From contig JBDKRC010000116.1 of NCBI GenBank assembly GCA_039683575.1, positions 1 through 27,813 on the forward strand: a stretch of DNA of 27,813 nucleotides. The letters run 5' to 3'. How positions within the stretch are numbered: position 1 is the first letter of the stretch; each line of letters opens with the position of its first letter. The stretch comes from Armatimonadia bacterium. Lineage in GTDB: Bacteria > Armatimonadota > Zipacnadia > Zipacnadales > UBA11051. Shown here piece after piece: positions 9,338 through 17,107 of this stretch. The position numbers and the translations under genes are program-made. Under the pieces are notes generated by a model. It did no database searches, was not told where the DNA came from, and saw only the letters and a list, made by a program, of their open reading frames with translations.

Positions 9338-11866
9338 TTGAATCGCACCACTATCACCACCAATTCACCTACCTTCGCTCTGCCGCCTGATCTGCTCCTG
9401 GCGCCTTGGGCCAAGCTGTCCCCGTGCCGCCCTAACGAATACCATCCTTTGCTCTGTCACCTCCTCGACACTGCCGCGGTGATGCACGCCCTCTGGCACC
9501 ACGCCCTGCCGCAGCCCAAGCGCCGCCTGCTCGCGACCCTCCTCGGCGTGAGCGACCACGACGCCTGCCGCTGGCTAACCCTTCTCGCCGCCCTGCACGA
9601 CATCGGCAAGGCCGCGCCGGGCTTTCAGGCCAAGTCCCCCTTGCACCGCCGCCGTCTGCAGCGCCTTGGTCTGCAGTTCCCTCTTGCCGCCGACGCCAAC
9701 CACGTCCAGACTGGCATGGCCGCGCTGAGGTCGTTGCTTTCCGCACTTGCCGTCTCCCCGGCGGTAGCAGTAGCCCTCGCCACCGCCCTCGGCGGTCACC
9801 ACGGCCACACACCCGCCCGCCGCCGCTGCGGCGAACGCTCCCTCGGTGATGCTCACTGGCAGGGCCTCCGCACCGCCCTCGGCCACACCCTCGCCGCCCA
9901 CGTCGGGCTCGAGAGCCGTTCGCTTCCGCCCGGGCTGACCGCCGGTAACCAGCCCCTGCTCGTGCTCATCGCCGCCCTGGCCCGCCTCGCCGACTGGCTG
10001 GCCTCCGACACGGACCACTTCCCGGTGGCTCCGTCAGTCGCTTCCATCACTGAATACGCTGATACTGCCGCAGCGCAAGCGGGGGGAATTGTTCGAGCCA
10101 TGGACTGGATGCAGGTAGCCGCACAGAATGCCGACTTCGCCGACTTGTTCGGCTTTGATCCGAACCCCATGCAGCGCCTGGTGGGCCTCGCCGCAGGAAA
10201 CCTGACTGCCCCCGCGCTCGTGATCCTCGAAGCCCCGACCGGCTCGGGCAAAACCGAGGCCGCCCTGCACCTCGCCCGCTCCTGGGACGCCGCAGGCCAT
10301 CAGAGCGGCTACTACGTCGCCCTCCCCACTCAGGCCACCGCGACCGCCCTGCACGACCGCCTGCAGAGCTACTCTCCTCACGAGTCCGTCAACCTCATCC
10401 ACGCCGCCGCCCCCGGTGCCGGCGTTACCAAGCTCCTCAGCCCCGCCGGCGTCGGCACCCTCGACCAATCCCTCCTCGCTGTTGCCAACGACCGCCAGCC
10501 CTGGGTGCGCCTGCTGGGTCTCGCCAACAAGACGGTCATAATCGACGAAGTCCACGCCTGCGATGCCTACACCACCGGCCTGCTCACTCGCCTGCTCGAG
10601 TGGCTCGCCGCCCTGAACTGCTCAGTCATCATCCTCTCCGCCACCCTCCCGGAGGCCCAGCGCGCGTCCTTGCTCAAGGCCTGGCGCAAGGCCGCGGTCC
10701 CCCTCGCTTCCGCCGCCTACCCTCGCGTCACCATCAGCACCAGTGACGGCACCCAGTGCTGTGAGCTTCCCATCGAAAACCGCCGCCAAGTGGCCCTTCG
10801 TCCCCTGGAAGACGATCCAATGGCCCTCGCCGACCATCTCCGCGACCGCCTCGCCGACGGCGGCTGCGGTGCAGTGATCTGCAATACCGTCGCCCGCGCG
10901 CAGCAGCTATATGTGCACCTGCGGGGCCTGCTTCAGCAATATGGTATTCCCGTCGAACTCTACCACGCGCGTTATCCCGCCTCCGAGCGCCGCCGCCGCG
11001 AGCACGGCGTCATCGCCGGCTTCGGCAAAGACCGGTCCTCCCGTCCCCACCGCGCCGTCCTCGTTGCCACTCAGGTCGTCGAGCAAAGCCTCGACCTCGA
11101 CTTCGACCTCATGGTGAGTGAGCTCGCTCCCCTCGACCTACTCGTCCAGCGCGCCGGCCGCCTGCACCGCCACCCACAGCCACGCCCCGCTGCCCTTGCC
11201 ACTCCCGAACTCGCGCTCCTGATGCCCGCCCGCGACACTTGCGGCCAACCAGTCTTCGGCACCACTGAGCACGTATACCACCCGCACCTCCTGTTGCGCA
11301 CGTGGCTCCTGCTGCAGGGCCGCGCCGCTCTGAACCTCCCAGAAGACACCGCCGCCCTGGTCGAGTCCGTCTACGGCGACGCCGCTACGGGTGACCGCCA
11401 TTGCAGGCCACGCCTCGCTGACACCGCCGCCTCCCTTGCGGCAGAGACTGCCCTTCAGACCCATACCGCCGCTGCCGCCGCTATTCCTGGCCCCGAGTGC
11501 GCCGCCACCCTCTGCGGCGGCCAGCAGGCCCCGGTCCGCTGGCAGGATGCTCCAACCCTTGAGGTCGTCTGCCTCGACGGCACCCTCAGTGACTGCCGCC
11601 TCGGCGACCAGCAACTCGATCTCTCCACCGAGCCTCCTGCGCCCGTCATCCACTCCCTGCGCCGGGATGCCTTCCGCGTCACCGGCCGCGTCTGCGCCGA
11701 CCTCCGCCGCCTCCCGCGCCCCGATTGGTGGAACCATAGCGCCCGCCTCCACGGCCTCGTGCCGGTCTTCCTGAACGCCGACCATACCACTACAACCACA
11801 GAACACATCGTACAACTCGACCCAGACCTCGGCTTCACGATCACCGCCACAGGCTGCGACTCATGA
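9338..11866 (+). CDS. cas3: CRISPR-associated nuclease/helicase Cas3 (type I-E)
   Basis: HD domain (HLLD, LHDIGKA, GHHG, LADWLAS), Walker A APTGSGKTE, ALPT, VGTLDQ, DEVH, LSATLP, ICNTV, ATQVVEQSLDLDFD, QRAGRLHRH. Confidence 0.95.
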   Translation: MNRTTITTNSPTFALPPDLLLAPWAKLSPCRPNEYHPLLCHLLDTAAVMHALWHHALPQPKRRLLATLLGVSDHDACRWLTLLAALHDIGKAAPGFQAKSPLHRRRLQRLGLQFPLAADANHVQTGMAALRSLLSALAVSPAVAVALATALGGHHGHTPARRRCGERSLGDAHWQGLRTALGHTLAAHVGLESRSLPPGLTAGNQPLLVLIAALARLADWLASDTDHFPVAPSVASITEYADTAAAQAGGIVRAMDWMQVAAQNADFADLFGFDPNPMQRLVGLAAGNLTAPALVILEAPTGSGKTEAALHLARSWDAAGHQSGYYVALPTQATATALHDRLQSYSPHESVNLIHAAAPGAGVTKLLSPAGVGTLDQSLLAVANDRQPWVRLLGLANKTVIIDEVHACDAYTTGLLTRLLEWLAALNCSVIILSATLPEAQRASLLKAWRKAAVPLASAAYPRVTISTSDGTQCCELPIENRRQVALRPLEDDPMALADHLRDRLADGGCGAVICNTVARAQQLYVHLRGLLQQYGIPVELYHARYPASERRRREHGVIAGFGKDRSSRPHRAVLVATQVVEQSLDLDFDLMVSELAPLDLLVQRAGRLHRHPQPRPAALATPELALLMPARDTCGQPVFGTTEHVYHPHLLLRTWLLLQGRAALNLPEDTAALVESVYGDAATGDRHCRPRLADTAASLAAETALQTHTAAAAAIPGPECAATLCGGQQAPVRWQDAPTLEVVCLDGTLSDCRLGDQQLDLSTEPPAPVIHSLRRDAFRVTGRVCADLRRLPRPDWWNHSARLHGLVPVFLNADHTTTTTEHIVQLDPDLGFTITATGCDS

Positions 11867-13470
11867 GTATCGGTACGCAACTATTGGAGATGCCTAATCC
11901 CGCCAGCCTCACGGCCGGTATCCGGCCCACCGCGTCATACAACCTCATTGACCGCTCCTGGATTCCCTGCCTCCTCCAGGGCGGCCATGAGGAATCTCTC
12001 AGCCTTACGGAGGTCTTCCGTCGCGCCCCCGAGATCACGGAAATGCTCGATTCGTCGCCGCTAGTCACGATCTCGCTGTACCGCCTGTTGCTCGCCGTCC
12101 TCCACCGCGTCTGCGGCCCAGCCGACGAAGCAGCCTGGGCAAGCCTCTGGCGGCGCGGGCACTTTGACTGCGCCGCAATCGATGGCTACCTGAACATCTG
12201 GCGCCACCGCTTCGACCTCTTCGACGCCGATCGCCCCTTCTGCCAGTGCCCCGGCCTGCCGGAGCGCCTTGCTGCGCCTGTCACGCGTCTCGCCCCCGAA
12301 CTCGCGTCTGGCAACCAGCCTACTCTCTTCGACCACCACCTGGACGCCTCCGCGCCTTCTCTCGCGCCCGCCGCCGCCGCCCGCTGCCTGCTGGCCCACC
12401 AGAGCTTCTGCCTCAGCGGCTGCTGCGGAGACGAGAGCGGGCTCACTGCCGTCCGCTCCGGCCCGCTCGCCCACGCCGCCATCTTCATGGCCACTGGCCG
12501 CAATCTCTTCGAGACCTTACTGCTCAACCTGGTCCCCTGCAATCCGCAGCAGGGCCTCCCGCTACCTGTCCTCACCCATGATGTACCACAGTGGGAGCGC
12601 GACCACCCGCCGACCCACCAAACCCGTCTGCCGGACGGCTATCTCGATTACCTGACCTGGCCTTCCCGGCGCATACTGCTCCTGCCGAATGACGACGCCA
12701 CCGTCTCCCGCGTCATCGTCATGCCCGGCGCCGACTTTCCCGCCGAGGCCACTGTCCGCGATCCCATGCTCGCCTACCATGGCCTTTGCCACGGCGGGCA
12801 CGGCCTCTCAGCCCTTCGTCTCGAGCCGGGTGGTTCATGGTGGCGCGATTGCCTGGCCCTCTTCGCCGCCCGTCGTGGTGCATGGCAGCGTCCCCAGACC
12901 CTCGACTGCCTCGCCTACCGTGCCGACTGTGGCCTCCTCCCACCTGCCTACTGCTACTCTCTCGCCGTCTTCGGTCTCGCCGGGGCGAAGGCCCGGGCCG
13001 ATCACTGGCAACATCATCGCCAGCCCGGGTCCGTGGCCTATCTTGCTGACGATGACCTCGCCGCCGATCTCGAGACCGCCCTTGGTCTCGCCCAGGACAT
13101 CCATCAGGCCCTCACTGCCTCGCTGTGGCAAGCCTCGCAGGCTCTCGCTTTCGGTCCGTCCGGCAGCACCGCGCCCCTGCGTCGCATGGCGAGCGGTCGC
13201 CCTGCCTCGGCTTACTGGCGAGCCCTTGAAATGCCGGCGCGCGCTCTTGTCCACGACCTGCCGGGAGACCTCGCGCACCGGGACAGCGTCCTGCGCAATT
13301 GGCTTCGCACCTGCGAGCGTTTCGCCTGGCAAGAGCTTGAAGGACAACTGCAGGGCCTCCGCCACGAACCCCGCGGCTTGCGGGCTGAAGTCCTCGCCCG
13401 TGACCATCTCGCCCGCGAACTCGGCCGCCTCGCCGCCCCCTGGCTGGAGGTGGCCTCTGAAGCCGTCTAG
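11863..13470 (+). CDS. cas8e: Type I-E Cascade large subunit Cas8e (CasA/Cse1)
   Basis: YNLIDRSWIP, LYRLLLAVL, RFDLFDADRPFCQ, GNQPTLFDH, GRNLFETLLLNL, YLTWPSRRILL, DPM; positioned between cas3 and cse2. An alternative start near 11890 is possible. Confidence 0.9.
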   Translation: MSIGTQLLEMPNPASLTAGIRPTASYNLIDRSWIPCLLQGGHEESLSLTEVFRRAPEITEMLDSSPLVTISLYRLLLAVLHRVCGPADEAAWASLWRRGHFDCAAIDGYLNIWRHRFDLFDADRPFCQCPGLPERLAAPVTRLAPELASGNQPTLFDHHLDASAPSLAPAAAARCLLAHQSFCLSGCCGDESGLTAVRSGPLAHAAIFMATGRNLFETLLLNLVPCNPQQGLPLPVLTHDVPQWERDHPPTHQTRLPDGYLDYLTWPSRRILLLPNDDATVSRVIVMPGADFPAEATVRDPMLAYHGLCHGGHGLSALRLEPGGSWWRDCLALFAARRGAWQRPQTLDCLAYRADCGLLPPAYCYSLAVFGLAGAKARADHWQHHRQPGSVAYLADDDLAADLETALGLAQDIHQALTASLWQASQALAFGPSGSTAPLRRMASGRPASAYWRALEMPARALVHDLPGDLAHRDSVLRNWLRTCERFAWQELEGQLQGLRHEPRGLRAEVLARDHLARELGRLAAPWLEVASEAV

Positions 13471-13969
13471 CCACGACCGCCTCTTCGCCGGGTTTCTGTG
13501 CAAGCTGGTGGAAGCCGGGCAGGCTCATGCGCTGGCAACCTTTTTGCGCGGCCTCGGGCGTCCGCCCGGCGCCGTTCCCGGCATGCTGCGCTGGCTCGGG
13601 CCGTGGACCCTCGACGCCACTCGCCGGGAGCGCGACGCCTGCTTCCTGGTCGCCTCGCTGTTTGCGCTGCACCCGTGCGACATCAGTCGGGGCAACCTCG
13701 GCACGGTCTTCGCGCAACTGCGCGCTCTACGCGGCCCCAGCGAAAGCCTCGAGCGCCGCTTCAGCGCGATACTACGGGCCTCGCACGATGATCTGCCGCT
13801 ACACCTGCGCCGCGTAGTAGGGCTCGCGCGCTCCGCAGGCGTGCCCATCAACTGGGCGCAGCTTCTCAACGACGTAAAGCAATGGGACTACAGAACCCGC
13901 CACGTCCAGCTAGCCTGGGCCCGCGAGTACTGGTCCACCAGTCAGGATGCACCACCAGCTTCGTCGTAG
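13457..13969 (+). CDS. cse2: Type I-E Cascade small subunit Cas11 (CasB/Cse2)
   Basis: C-terminal ~170 aa of the 12689-13969 ORF: LATFLRGLG, LVASLFALH, GNLG, SLERRFSAIL, HLRRVV, PINWAQLLND, WAREYW. Start inferred at CTG 13457 behind GGAGG (13446-13450); start position uncertain. Confidence 0.85.
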   Translation: MKPSSHDRLFAGFLCKLVEAGQAHALATFLRGLGRPPGAVPGMLRWLGPWTLDATRRERDACFLVASLFALHPCDISRGNLGTVFAQLRALRGPSESLERRFSAILRASHDDLPLHLRRVVGLARSAGVPINWAQLLNDVKQWDYRTRHVQLAWAREYWSTSQDAPPASS

Positions 13970-13999
13970 CCGTCTGTGCTGCAGCCGTTTCCGATGGCA

Positions 14000-14064
14000 T
14001 CTTCGTAGGACGGGCGTCTCGCCCGTCGCCGCCGTTCGCCGGGAGCGCGGGCATCCCTGCCCGC
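14000..14064 (+). repeat. REP-like cluster between cse2 and cas7: GTAG REP copy 2 plus a GGAGC-type hairpin
   Basis: 14000-14027 matches 9170-9197 with one loop mismatch. 14041-14064 is GGGAGC-GCGGGCA-TCCC-TGCCCGC. Confidence 0.65.
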
Positions 14065-14196
14065 CTCCGTCGCATCGCGCCCCACCGTCTCTCTATGGGG
14101 CCCATGTACGCCCGACACTCTTGTCGGGCTCTGGCCGACGCAAGCACAACTTCATAGCACCGATCACAGACTGCCTCACTTCTACCCGGGGAGAAG

Positions 14197-15351
14197 ATGA
14201 GCATGGTCGTAGAGCTTCACCTGCTTCAAAACTTCGCGCCATCGTGTCTCAATCGCGACGACACCAACACACCGAAAGACTGCGAGTTCGGCGGCGTACG
14301 CCGGGCACGCCTGTCCAGCCAGTGCCTCAAGCGCGCCATCCGCTGGCATCCCGAGTTCACAGCCATACCAGGCGTGAGCTACGGCCTGCGCACCAAGCGC
14401 CTCGTGGAGAAGCTCGCTGCCGAACTCACCCAGGAAGGCTGTCGTGATGACTGCCTCGACGAGGTAGTGGGCGCCGTAGTCGCCGAGGCGGTTGGGCAAC
14501 TGAGCAGCGACCAGCGCACGCGCGTGCTGGCCTACCTCGGGCGTGACGAGATCACCCGCCTGCGCAACCTGATCCTCGAATCCTGGGAAAGCCTCGTCAG
14601 GGCGGCCCGCCCCGGCACAGGCGCCCGCCGCGGCAAAGCCCTCCAGGACGCCGCGAGGAAAGCCGCCTCCTCCTTCACCCCCGGCACCCGTGCCGCCGAC
14701 ATCGCCCTCTATGGACGGATGATCGCTGAGAACACCCACCTCAACATCGAGGCTGCCTGCCAGGTCGCCCACGCCCTGTCCACCCACCGCGTCACGATGG
14801 AAATGGACTTCTTCGCCGCCGTGGACGACCTCAAGCCGGCCGACCGCCCCGGTGCCGAGATGATCGGCGCCATCGAGTTCAATAGCGCCTGCTTCTACCG
14901 CTACTCGCTGGTCTCTGTCACGCAACTCGCGCAGAACCTCGGAGGAGACCACGAGTTGACCGCTGAGGTGCTGGGCGGCTTCCTGCGCGCCTCCATTGCC
15001 GCTATACCCTCCGGCAAGCAGAACTCGATGGCCGCGAGCAACCCCCCAAGCCTCGTACTGGCCGTCGTGCGCGGCTGGGGGATGCCCTGGTCGCTGGTCA
15101 ACGCCTTCGAGACCCCGGTGCGGGTCTCGGAGCACGACCGGCGCGGCCTCGTGCGGCAGTCCGTGGTTGCGCTGGACCGCTATTTTGGCCGTCTGTCGCG
15201 CATGTACGGCGAGGATGGCATCATCGCCCGGCCCGCTTGCTGGCTGGAGGATGCCGAGATCGAGTTCCTCAGCGACCAGCGCGTCGCCAGCGTGGCCGAG
15301 GTGGTGGAGACGGTGCAGGACGCAGCCTGCTGTCTGGCCGGAGTGACCTGA
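14197..15351 (+). CDS. cas7: Type I-E Cascade backbone subunit Cas7 (CasC/Cse4)
   Basis: ELHLLQNFAPSCLNRDDTNTPK, FGGVRRARLSSQCLKRAIR, DIALYGRM, ACQVAHALSTH, DFFAAVDD, EFNSACFYRY, PSGKQNSMA, SLVNAFETPV. Confidence 0.96.
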   Translation: MSMVVELHLLQNFAPSCLNRDDTNTPKDCEFGGVRRARLSSQCLKRAIRWHPEFTAIPGVSYGLRTKRLVEKLAAELTQEGCRDDCLDEVVGAVVAEAVGQLSSDQRTRVLAYLGRDEITRLRNLILESWESLVRAARPGTGARRGKALQDAARKAASSFTPGTRAADIALYGRMIAENTHLNIEAACQVAHALSTHRVTMEMDFFAAVDDLKPADRPGAEMIGAIEFNSACFYRYSLVSVTQLAQNLGGDHELTAEVLGGFLRASIAAIPSGKQNSMAASNPPSLVLAVVRGWGMPWSLVNAFETPVRVSEHDRRGLVRQSVVALDRYFGRLSRMYGEDGIIARPACWLEDAEIEFLSDQRVASVAEVVETVQDAACCLAGVT

Positions 15352-16061
15352 TGCCGACACTTCTGCTCCGGCTGGCCGGGCCGCTGCAATCATGGGGGAT
15401 CGGCAGTCGTTTCAGCTTCCGCGATACCGCCCTCGAACCGACCAAGAGCGGCGTCCTGGGGCTTCTGTGCGCCGCTGCTGACATTCCGCGCGAAGATGAC
15501 GAGACCCTCGCGCAGCTTACTGAACTGCAGATGGGAGTGCGGGTTGACCGCGAGGGGCGGCTGGTGCAGGACTTCCACACCGTCGGCGGCGGGCAGGTCG
15601 GCGGGCGGCCCCACGGCGTCGCCCGCGCCAACGGCGGCAAGCCCACCACCGTCCTGTCGCGCCGCGAATACCTCGCCGACGCCGACTTCCTGGTGGGCCT
15701 GCAGCACACCGACTGCAAACTGCTAACTCGCCTCGACGAGGCCCTGCAGCGCCCTGTGTGGCCGCTCTGCCTGGGCCGCCACGGCTTCGTCCCGGCCCTG
15801 CCGCCCCGAATAGGCGTAGTCGAGCAGGAACTGGCCGAGGCCCTGGGGCAATGGCCATGGCGCCCCCGTCAGGGTGAGACACCTTCCGCGAACGGGCTGC
15901 GACTGGTGCTGGAGACCGAGGAGCCGGCTGCCGAGACGCGGTGCGACGTCCCCGTGTCCTTCCGCCATGACGCCCGTAGATTCCGGCTCAGGCGGGTGCA
16001 TACCACCTGGATTCGGCTGCGCGCGCATACGCGCGCGGGGGAGATCAACCTCGGCTCATGA
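15351..16061 (+). CDS. cas5: Type I-E Cascade subunit Cas5 (CasD)
   Basis: MPTLLLRLAGPLQSWG...RDTALEPTKSGVLGLLCAA, DFHTV, REYLADADF, PLCLGR; TGATG coupling with the cas7 stop. Confidence 0.95.
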   Translation: MPTLLLRLAGPLQSWGIGSRFSFRDTALEPTKSGVLGLLCAAADIPREDDETLAQLTELQMGVRVDREGRLVQDFHTVGGGQVGGRPHGVARANGGKPTTVLSRREYLADADFLVGLQHTDCKLLTRLDEALQRPVWPLCLGRHGFVPALPPRIGVVEQELAEALGQWPWRPRQGETPSANGLRLVLETEEPAAETRCDVPVSFRHDARRFRLRRVHTTWIRLRAHTRAGEINLGS

Positions 16062-16672
16062 GCCTGTACCTCACACGGTTGGTCCTGAACCCCGAATCGC
16101 CTCGGGTGCAGGCGGAGCTGATGCGGCCCTACCAGCTCCACCGCACGCTTTGGCGGGCTTTCGGCGAAAACGCGTCTGGGCGGCTCCTGTACCGTCTGGA
16201 GACCGACGCGGCTGTCCCCGTGCTGCTTGTGCAGTCGCCCTGGAGCGGGGATTGGGCGCACCTGTCGCGGGTGGGCTATCTGCACGAGCCGCACGAACTG
16301 CTGTTGGAGAACCCCGCGGAGAAGCTCTTCACGCCCCGGTTCGAGCCGGGGCAGGTGCTGCGGTTCCGGCTGCGGGCGAACCCCACATACAAGGTAGGCA
16401 GCCGGCGGCTAGGGCACCTGAACCCACAGTGGCAAACGGCCTGGCTGGCCCGCAAAGGGGCTCAGAGCGGCTTTTCGGTGGTGGAGGCGGTGGGCAGGGG
16501 CGAGGGCTTCCAAGCGCTGCAGAAAGGCCCCCAGCGCCTGCGAATGTACAGCGTTCTGTTCGAGGGGCTGCTGCAAGTGCAGGAGGCGGAAGGCATGGCT
16601 GAGGCGATCCGCAACGGAATCGGGAGCGGGAAGGGCTTTGGGTTCGGGCTGCTGTCGGTCAAGAGCCCCTGA
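16058..16672 (+). CDS. cas6e: Type I-E crRNA-processing endoribonuclease Cas6e (CasE/Cse3)
   Basis: YLTRLVL, YQLHRTL, LLYRLE, LLVQS, FRLRANP, VLFEGLL and the C-terminal glycine loop GIGSGKGFGFGLLS; ATGA overlap with cas5. Confidence 0.95.
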   Translation: MSLYLTRLVLNPESPRVQAELMRPYQLHRTLWRAFGENASGRLLYRLETDAAVPVLLVQSPWSGDWAHLSRVGYLHEPHELLLENPAEKLFTPRFEPGQVLRFRLRANPTYKVGSRRLGHLNPQWQTAWLARKGAQSGFSVVEAVGRGEGFQALQKGPQRLRMYSVLFEGLLQVQEAEGMAEAIRNGIGSGKGFGFGLLSVKSP

Positions 16673-16696
16673 GCGCGCGCGTGAGAGATAGAGAGA

Positions 16697-16830
16697 GATT
16701 CTTCGCTTCGCTCAGAATGACAACAGGTTTGCTCGGAATGACAACAGGTTTGCTCAGAATGACAATAGGGTTGCTCAGAATGACAATAGGGTTGCTCGAG
16801 ATGACAGCAGGGTCGCTCGGAATGCCATAG
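16697..16830. repeat. REP-like half-element followed by a tandem array of six 21-bp units (consensus GCTCRGAATGACAAYAGGKTT)
   Basis: Units start at 16710, 16731, 16752, 16773, 16794 and 16815; the last is partial and degenerate. 16697-16724 is the exact reverse complement of 19932-19959. Confidence 0.9.
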
Positions 16831-16850
16831 AGATCGATAGTATTGTACAA

Positions 16851-16940
16851 GTGTGCCCCGCGCTTATGGGGGTGAACCGAAGAAAAGGCGGCCTTTGAGG
16901 ACGGCGCCTTCCTCGCTTCCCCATGTGCGGGGCATTTGTG
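16851..16940 (+). CRISPR. Type I-E mini-array: one full 29-nt repeat, one ~32-nt spacer and one degenerate terminal repeat
   Basis: Repeat GTGTGCCCCGCGCTTATGGGGGTGAACCG (16851-16879) follows the E. coli-type I-E pattern GTGTTCCCCGCG....GGGGATAAACCG. A second hairpin CCCC-ATGTGC-GGGG (16919-16932) has its GGGG exactly 61 nt after that of the first repeat. It lies 178 bp downstream of cas6e. Confidence 0.75.
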
Positions 16941-17107
16941 CTCTTGAGGTACACCGCGTGAGATGTTGGGAGGTTGAGTGTCTCAAGGAGGGGAAATATG
17001 TGCTCCAAATCGGGGTCCAATGCCACAGAAAAAGTTGACCGATGTAACGATTCGGGGCCAAAATCGAGTTCTGCTGCAACCTTGGAAAAGGGGGCCGATG
17101 ATAGCCA

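Noticed and set aside
12689-13456. Long N-terminal extension of the cse2 ORF (426 aa in the track)
   Set aside because: It overlaps cas8e in another frame and is low-complexity P/S-rich, a by-product of the C-rich DNA.
14079-14101. GCCCC...TATGGGG stem resembling the CRISPR repeat inside the cse2-cas7 gap
   Set aside because: The loop is too long, there is no GAACCG handle and no partner repeat at 61 nt.
11863-16061. HNH-fused Cas5/Cas8 or Tn7-associated (CAST) variant
   Set aside because: Cas5 and Cas8e show no extra nuclease domain, Cas3 is present, and no tns/tniQ genes are seen in the window.
16710-16830. 21-bp tandem units read as a CRISPR array
   Set aside because: There are no unique spacer-length intervening sequences; the units are head-to-tail and derive from a REP-like arm.
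16659-16850. 63-aa minus-strand ORF with 7-aa repeats ending in VILSEAKNL
   Set aside because: It is just the translation of the DNA repeat, with no independent coding evidence.
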